Below are positions 23,874 through 28,765 of a stretch of 28,765 nt of DNA, piece by piece. The first letter of the stretch is position 1. Each line of letters starts with the position of its first letter. The DNA comes from a virus. Its lineage: Duplodnaviria; Caudoviricetes. Where the stretch lies: IMG/VR virus record IMGVR_UViG_3300048886_000466, positions 1 to 28,765 of that record; one strand, given 5' to 3'. The notes beneath the pieces are model-generated. The model did no database searches. It saw only the letters and a program-made list of their open reading frames with translations, and was not told the origin of the DNA. The translations under genes were made by a program, and so were the position numbers.

Positions 23874-25816
23874 TATCTTCCAAGTCCTGCTGGTAGTTGT
23901 GAGGTCGGTACTCGTCTGCTGCCGTCACGGGCAGGACTACTTATCTGCCTTGCCGTCAAATCTGCCTCGCCAATAGACCCCGGCATTACTGGTCTCGTCG
24001 TAGTGGGTGCGCCTGTCCCCGGAGTCTGAGGTCTGGTTCCAGCCTGATTACCCTGCTGGAAGTTACCTGCGTTAGGAAGTTGTGTCGCTCCCTGCGTGTC
24101 AAGGATACTGGTTGCGATATCTGCTGCCTCGTTATTAGTTGCACCTGCCGCCTCAACTATATTCTGGATAAGCGGTACTCTGGCTGCTGCCATACCTTCG
24201 AGGAGTCCCTGAATCTGTTCTGACTGCATGAACTTCTCAGCCAGTAACTTTGCCTGAACTTCGTGAGCGTTCGACACCCCGGCTTCACGCAGGGCAGTGT
24301 CGTGGTCTACAAATCCTTCTCGCCATTTTGTTGCCCAGAGGTTGAGGGTTCTTTCCCTTTCCTCAGGAGCAGTTGGATTAAGCTGAACGAAGTTAACGAC
24401 ATGGCCCTTAATGTCCTTCGGTGATATTGTGGCATCAATAGAGCCAGACTCTGTTTGACCCCAGACCGTAATCCTGTCCCTAATGACGTACTGAACAATA
24501 TTAAGGATAATCTCATTTCTGTGCTGGAGTCCTCTCTGTGATCCGTCCACGTAAGCAGCAAAATTGAGACGGCTGATACCGGACAGAACCGCCGTCTCGT
24601 AACCAGAGGCTGAACCTGACGGACGCTGACCACGCGTTACCGACGGTGCTGTATTGGATTCCAACGCTTCATCCAGTACACCCTTGGCTATAAGAATTGA
24701 CTGTGGCGGCTCAGGAACTTTCTGAACTTCAACCTGCACTTGAGGCGGAAGGTTGTTCCGTGAGCCGGGAGCCTGATCGTATTCTGCCTGAACTTCTTCC
24801 GTCATGCCCGGTGGGCCTTGGAAGTTGGTGACAGGCCACGCTGACTTGTTCACAATATCGAGATAGTGAGATGCGAGTTGTGATTCTGCCCGTATCATGT
24901 CGAAGTTGCCATCGAGTATTCCTCGATACAAATCTTCGGGCTTGTTACCCAGAGTGACCAGTCCTGTCTGAGGCCAGTACATTGTCCACGGCAGTGTCAT
25001 GTAGCCATGTTTTCGCGGCTTCATAACCCATGCCTGCTCTGCGATATATGCGACCTGCGACTGCGTCCATATCTCTATGAACTGCACGTTGCCGTCGTTC
25101 GGGCCTTCCCATCCGGGGAAGTGGGCATGTATCCATGTTGCTTCGACATCCCAGAAGTGCATTACCCATCTTGGGTTGAACTGGTTGTTGGTATCCCAGA
25201 CACACTGCTGTGGATTCACGGCTTTCGCGACGATAGGCCACGATATTGCCCGTTTCTCCATTACAGCGTCGAGGTCTTCTTTGTACCTGTTTACGTCACC
25301 GGAATCGTCCGGTGGCTCAGGAAATTCCGCCCATCTGTTTCCAGCAAACTCTGTCTTCTCCCATGCGACTCCATAGGAAGCCATATGGAAGTTAATGATC
25401 CGTCGGGTAGGGGTGTCCTGTTCGAGCCTATGATTTGCTCCCCTCAGGAATTTTTCTATTCGTTCTGCCCGTGCCTGACCTCTTGGGCCGGGTGGCGGAA
25501 CAGTAACGTCGATAAATGGCGGGGTTATATGGTCGGTGAGTGTCTTTACGGTGGAGTGTGCCGTACCCAGTCTAATCTGTGTTCCGTCTTCCGTGATCGG
25601 AAAGTCGAATTCACCCTTTATGAACTCATCGGATGTCTGGCATTTTCTCCAGAACTTGGAGAACTTCATGCGTCCCCGGCTGAGTTCTGACTCTATCCAT
25701 GACAGCGAGAGCGTCGGCTCTGACTGTGATGGGGCTTTCTCCAATGCGATGCTCTCGTCAGACACCGTCTGCTTCATGGAGTTGACAGTAGTTCCATTCA
25801 AATATGAGGAGACCAT
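23873..25816 (-). CDS. Portal protein (podovirus/P22-like, with long low-complexity C-terminus)
   Basis: 647 aa; directly after TerL. 'RAERIEKFL', 'YGVAWEK', 'VNPQQCVWD', 'VTRGQRPSG.ASGY....L' stem motif. Confidence 0.85.
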   Translation of the reverse strand: MVSSYLNGTTVNSMKQTVSDESIALEKAPSQSEPTLSLSWIESELSRGRMKFSKFWRKCQTSDEFIKGEFDFPITEDGTQIRLGTAHSTVKTLTDHITPPFIDVTVPPPGPRGQARAERIEKFLRGANHRLEQDTPTRRIINFHMASYGVAWEKTEFAGNRWAEFPEPPDDSGDVNRYKEDLDAVMEKRAISWPIVAKAVNPQQCVWDTNNQFNPRWVMHFWDVEATWIHAHFPGWEGPNDGNVQFIEIWTQSQVAYIAEQAWVMKPRKHGYMTLPWTMYWPQTGLVTLGNKPEDLYRGILDGNFDMIRAESQLASHYLDIVNKSAWPVTNFQGPPGMTEEVQAEYDQAPGSRNNLPPQVQVEVQKVPEPPQSILIAKGVLDEALESNTAPSVTRGQRPSGSASGYETAVLSGISRLNFAAYVDGSQRGLQHRNEIILNIVQYVIRDRITVWGQTESGSIDATISPKDIKGHVVNFVQLNPTAPEERERTLNLWATKWREGFVDHDTALREAGVSNAHEVQAKLLAEKFMQSEQIQGLLEGMAAARVPLIQNIVEAAGATNNEAADIATSILDTQGATQLPNAGNFQQGNQAGTRPQTPGTGAPTTTRPVMPGSIGEADLTARQISSPARDGSRRVPTSQLPAGLGR

Positions 25817-25825
25817 AAACCGTTC

Positions 25826-27385
25826 TTACATTTTTACGGGTTCACCGTTTATAACCACGTCTACCTCGTCGAGTACCTCTGCGTAACGCTCTTCCCTGAC
25901 ACCTTTGAAGAAAGAGCCTTTCCTGCGTCTACGCATGGTATTGAGAGGTCTTAGTGGTTCAGCACCCTTGAAAGACTTCTTTGTGCGCGCTTTCTGAGCA
26001 TACTCTACTGGGTCGCATCCATGCAAGGCTAAAACTTCTGCATCTACCCAGTCGTCGTGTTTTCCTGAAATAGTCGTGAATACGTGTCCACGATTGGCAG
26101 TTTCCTTGTGTGAAATGTCCATTAACTGGGTTGACAGCTTTGTCCAGTCAACTGGGAAAGTGACCTGTTCGTGTTCGAGTGCAACTCGATATGGTAGAAA
26201 TAGGTCATGGTACTTAGATACTGGAGTGAAATTAAACGCTATTACTGGGATTCCTTCCGCGAGCATCTCGTTGTACATGATGTCCCTTGCGAATTGCCCA
26301 CCAAGTCCGGTGGAGTCCATGACGATCTGTTTGAGGTTCCATCTTCTTGCCTCGGTACGAACTACCTCCATCTGGATAGTCCAGTCTGTCTTGAGAAGTT
26401 CTGTTGCGTAGACGGATTCTCTTGTTCGTCGGTTCTTTATAATCAGGACTGTTGCGTCATTTGAGCGTCCAAGGTCGAGTCCAGCGACGTATTCGTCATT
26501 TGGCTTGGGCCTGAGCAACTGCGTGGCGATTGCTGCCTTATCGACTTTCCTGAAGAACGCCCCGACACCTTCGGGTTGTATTGCCATGTAGAGACGATTC
26601 CAGTCGTCTTCCATCATGGTTTCCTTGTCATCCCTGATTTCTTCTTTTTGGTCTTCGGTGAGGAGCGGGTTGTCAAATGCAGTCCAAGAGAACGCTTCTC
26701 TCCTTGAGGAAGGTTTTTCCTTGGCGCGCTTAAAGTTCCTTGCGAACCAGTGTCCGGGTGATACCGGGGGTATTCCCTCGACGAGCGCACGTCCTGCTCT
26801 TCCGGGGCTTGAAAGTGTGGGTCTTAGCTTGTTCCAGCCGATTTCGGCAATTTCCTGTGCTTCGGTTATATGCAGGAAGTCGAGTCCTACTGACTGCAGC
26901 GACTCCGGGTTATCTGCGGATTTGAGTTCCCAGAAAACTACAGGTCTTGGTCTTGGCTTTCCGTCTTTTCCACGTAGCCATCTGCCGTTATTGTCTTTGA
27001 ATACGAGCCATACATGCAGCGCGTCTTCCTTGAATCCTGATCCTCTGCCACCGCCAAGTTTATTTTCTCTGTAGGGGTTTGTCTTTGAGACGAGATGTTC
27101 GGGAATAAATGCCTGCATCTCGTTCCAGACCTGATACATCTGTGCCTTGGTAGGGGCTACTGTCCAGACATGGATAGCAGGAACGAGTCTTGCTTCCTCT
27201 GCGTTCATCTGGTTGTCGGGATCATTTGGAAATACGACGTATTCCTGTGAGAGTTCCTCTATGACAGCGAGGTCTTCCTCAAGTGCAGACCGGGTCTTTC
27301 CGCCACGCCGCCCCGTCTGATTCCATTTCACCTTCGCCTTTGACTGGTGAAGTTTTAGCTGGTGTTCATGGGGCTTATAGGGCAT
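25826..27385 (-). CDS. terL: Terminase large subunit
   Basis: YKPHEHQ Q-motif, Walker A GRRGGKT, 'WTVAPTKAQ', 'KSADNPESLQSVGLDFLHITEA'; nuclease motifs GLDLGRSND, MDSTGLG, HDDWVDA. Confidence 0.95.
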   Translation of the reverse strand: MPYKPHEHQLKLHQSKAKVKWNQTGRRGGKTRSALEEDLAVIEELSQEYVVFPNDPDNQMNAEEARLVPAIHVWTVAPTKAQMYQVWNEMQAFIPEHLVSKTNPYRENKLGGGRGSGFKEDALHVWLVFKDNNGRWLRGKDGKPRPRPVVFWELKSADNPESLQSVGLDFLHITEAQEIAEIGWNKLRPTLSSPGRAGRALVEGIPPVSPGHWFARNFKRAKEKPSSRREAFSWTAFDNPLLTEDQKEEIRDDKETMMEDDWNRLYMAIQPEGVGAFFRKVDKAAIATQLLRPKPNDEYVAGLDLGRSNDATVLIIKNRRTRESVYATELLKTDWTIQMEVVRTEARRWNLKQIVMDSTGLGGQFARDIMYNEMLAEGIPVIAFNFTPVSKYHDLFLPYRVALEHEQVTFPVDWTKLSTQLMDISHKETANRGHVFTTISGKHDDWVDAEVLALHGCDPVEYAQKARTKKSFKGAEPLRPLNTMRRRRKGSFFKGVREERYAEVLDEVDVVINGEPVKM

Positions 27386-27903
27386 TAACTAGCCTTGAAT
27401 GATGCAAGTCCTGAATCGTCGGATATGGGGTTTTCCACCTGCTCGGTATCCTCAGCCCATTTTGCGTGTGCTTCGATATCTCTTCGTTCCTGAAAGGGTT
27501 CTGCCATATCGAGCATTCCGTTTTTCTCAATGACATCCCTGTGGAAGTTTATGGCTTTAGGGTCTGCTTCCAGCATGGCATATGCTGCAAGTTCACCTTC
27601 CCTCATGTAGACGGTCTTCAACTGCGAGGTTGTCACTGCATGTTTCCAGCCTCTTTTTGCAGGATAGCCTTCATCGTCCCTGTAGGCTTCGAGTGCCTGC
27701 TCGAAAGTAGGGGTGGCCTTGATAAGTTGCTTTATGGATTCCCACTTCCATCCCCACACTTCAACCATGTCCTCGATGGCTACCTCAGACGATCCCCAAT
27801 CTTCAAGGCTGGCATATACCCGACGAAGTCTCCTAGGCCATTCCTTCCAGCAGGGAACAGAGCCAGTTACACGGGACGCAATTTTGTCATATCCATTTGC
27901 CAT
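27385..27903 (-). CDS. Putative terminase small subunit
   Basis: 172 aa; helical with an HTH-like N-terminal half; TAATG coupled to terL. The assignment rests on position. Confidence 0.55.
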   Translation of the reverse strand: MANGYDKIASRVTGSVPCWKEWPRRLRRVYASLEDWGSSEVAIEDMVEVWGWKWESIKQLIKATPTFEQALEAYRDDEGYPAKRGWKHAVTTSQLKTVYMREGELAAYAMLEADPKAINFHRDVIEKNGMLDMAEPFQERRDIEAHAKWAEDTEQVENPISDDSGLASFKAS

Positions 27904-27939
27904 ACAGGAAATCTAACACAAATTTTTTATTTTGCACAA
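27904..27939 (-). promoter_or_regulatory. Candidate sigma70-type promoter giving a leaderless terS mRNA
   Basis: Minus strand TTGTGC-18 nt-TAGATT with an extended -10 TG; the ATG is 6 nt after the -10 box; no SD. Confidence 0.5.
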
Positions 27940-28024
27940 CCGTTAAACCGTTAACTGAAATACACCGTAGCCGTTAAGAGCGAAGGTGTATTTCTACCGT
28001 TAACCGTTAACCGTTAACCGTTAA
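27940..28024. repeat. CCGTTAA heptamer, 7 copies (4 in perfect tandem at 27997-28024)
   Basis: Copies start at 27940, 27948, 27971, 27997, 28004, 28011 and 28018. Confidence 0.92.
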
Positions 28025-28152
28025 GGGAAATCACATACGAAATACACTCCTTGTTCCGAGAACACCGTGTATTTCTTACTCGAAACCCCCAAGTAGAACG
28101 GGTAAAACCGTAATACACCGATAGTGTATTTGCAGTGTATTTAAGTGTATTT
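27957..28152. repeat. AATACAC/GTGTATT motif, 8 copies as three inverted pairs plus phased direct repeats
   Basis: GAAATACAC 27957 / GTGTATTTC 27986; GAAATACAC 28039 / GTGTATTTC 28067; AATACAC 28112 / GTGTATT 28124; AGTGTATTT at 28123, 28134 and 28144. Confidence 0.9.
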
Positions 28153-28693
28153 GCATTTTCAGCACTGTGAGGGGTACACAAGGAAAATGCTCTGGCACGG
28201 GCGGGTATCGGCGACCCCATCAGGGCAGATATCGCCGTTTGGGGGGGCTGCCCCCCCCGGTCAACTGCTCAAAACGGGGGCTGCCTGACCACATCCCTAT
28301 TGACCCGCGGGGGCATACGCTCGCGGTCTACTAATTGCCCCCGTGTCCCCCGTGCGTGCGACCCTTAGCGGGGGTCTTATCGCCCATATTGCCCATAATC
28401 GCTACAAACTCCGTAATTACTAGTCAATACCCCTATAGACAGCCCCCAGAATCCGTTTATACGATTACGAAGTAATCGACAACAGAATAAATCAAACAAC
28501 CCCGCTACGGGGGGCGACCCAAACAGGAATGCCCAGATGCTGCCAAGTGAGCAGCCATTCCGACCCCAGTCCCATCGTAGTAACGAGAACCCCGGCTAGA
28601 ACCCGGCTCTCACACATAGCAGCACCAACGTCGATCACGATTGAGTACAACCTTTTATTGCGGGGGGTCTGCCCCCCGTGGAGTAAATTAGTA

Positions 28694-28765
28694 ATGGCAC
28701 CAAAGTCACAAACTAAATCACGAAGACGCTCTACACCTAAGCCATCAGGGCAAACAGTCCCCAAG
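28694..28765 (+). CDS. Start of a divergent basic protein (MAPKSQTKSRRRSTPKPSGQTVPK...), truncated by the window edge
   Basis: GGAG at 28680-28683, ATG at 28694, open to the end of the window. Confidence 0.5.
   Translation, partial: MAPKSQTKSRRRSTPKPSGQTVPK

Noticed and set aside
27940-28152. CRISPR array
   Set aside because: The repeats are only 7-9 bp, in mixed orientation, without regular unique spacers, and there are no cas genes.
28014-28764. Minus-strand ORFs 28014-28220 and 28492-28764
   Set aside because: They run through repeat- and hairpin-rich DNA with no motifs. The second overlaps a better-supported plus-strand start at 28694.

Overview
This window is a segment of a tailed dsDNA phage or prophage (Caudoviricetes) with a podovirus-like layout. 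There is no tape-measure, sheath or tube gene that I can recognise. The minus strand (27903 to 1467) is one long, tightly coupled late region: TerS, TerL, portal, two very large putative internal/ejection proteins, scaffold, major capsid protein, head-associated proteins, adaptor- and nozzle-like tail proteins with carbohydrate-binding-type inserts, a tail fibre and Gly-rich fibre-associated proteins. At the distal end of this region, where a holin/endolysin cassette often sits, there is no recognisable endolysin. Instead there is a membrane-protein cassette: two small TatA/TatB-like single-pass proteins (85 aa, and 41 aa missed by the ORF track), a TatC homologue, and a 29-aa membrane peptide (also missed). 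The TatC has lost its twin-arginine signal-binding residues but keeps its TatA/B-binding half. The cassette converges on a plus-strand DedA/VTT-family gene that follows a winged-helix gene and rusA. The DedA style suggests a Chloroflexota (Dehalococcoidia/SAR202-like) host; this is an inference only. The right end is a divergent non-coding region of about 790 bp with two interleaved short-repeat families and several G/C-run hairpins (candidate pac, origin or control region). All family assignments come from reading motifs by eye; no database searches were run.
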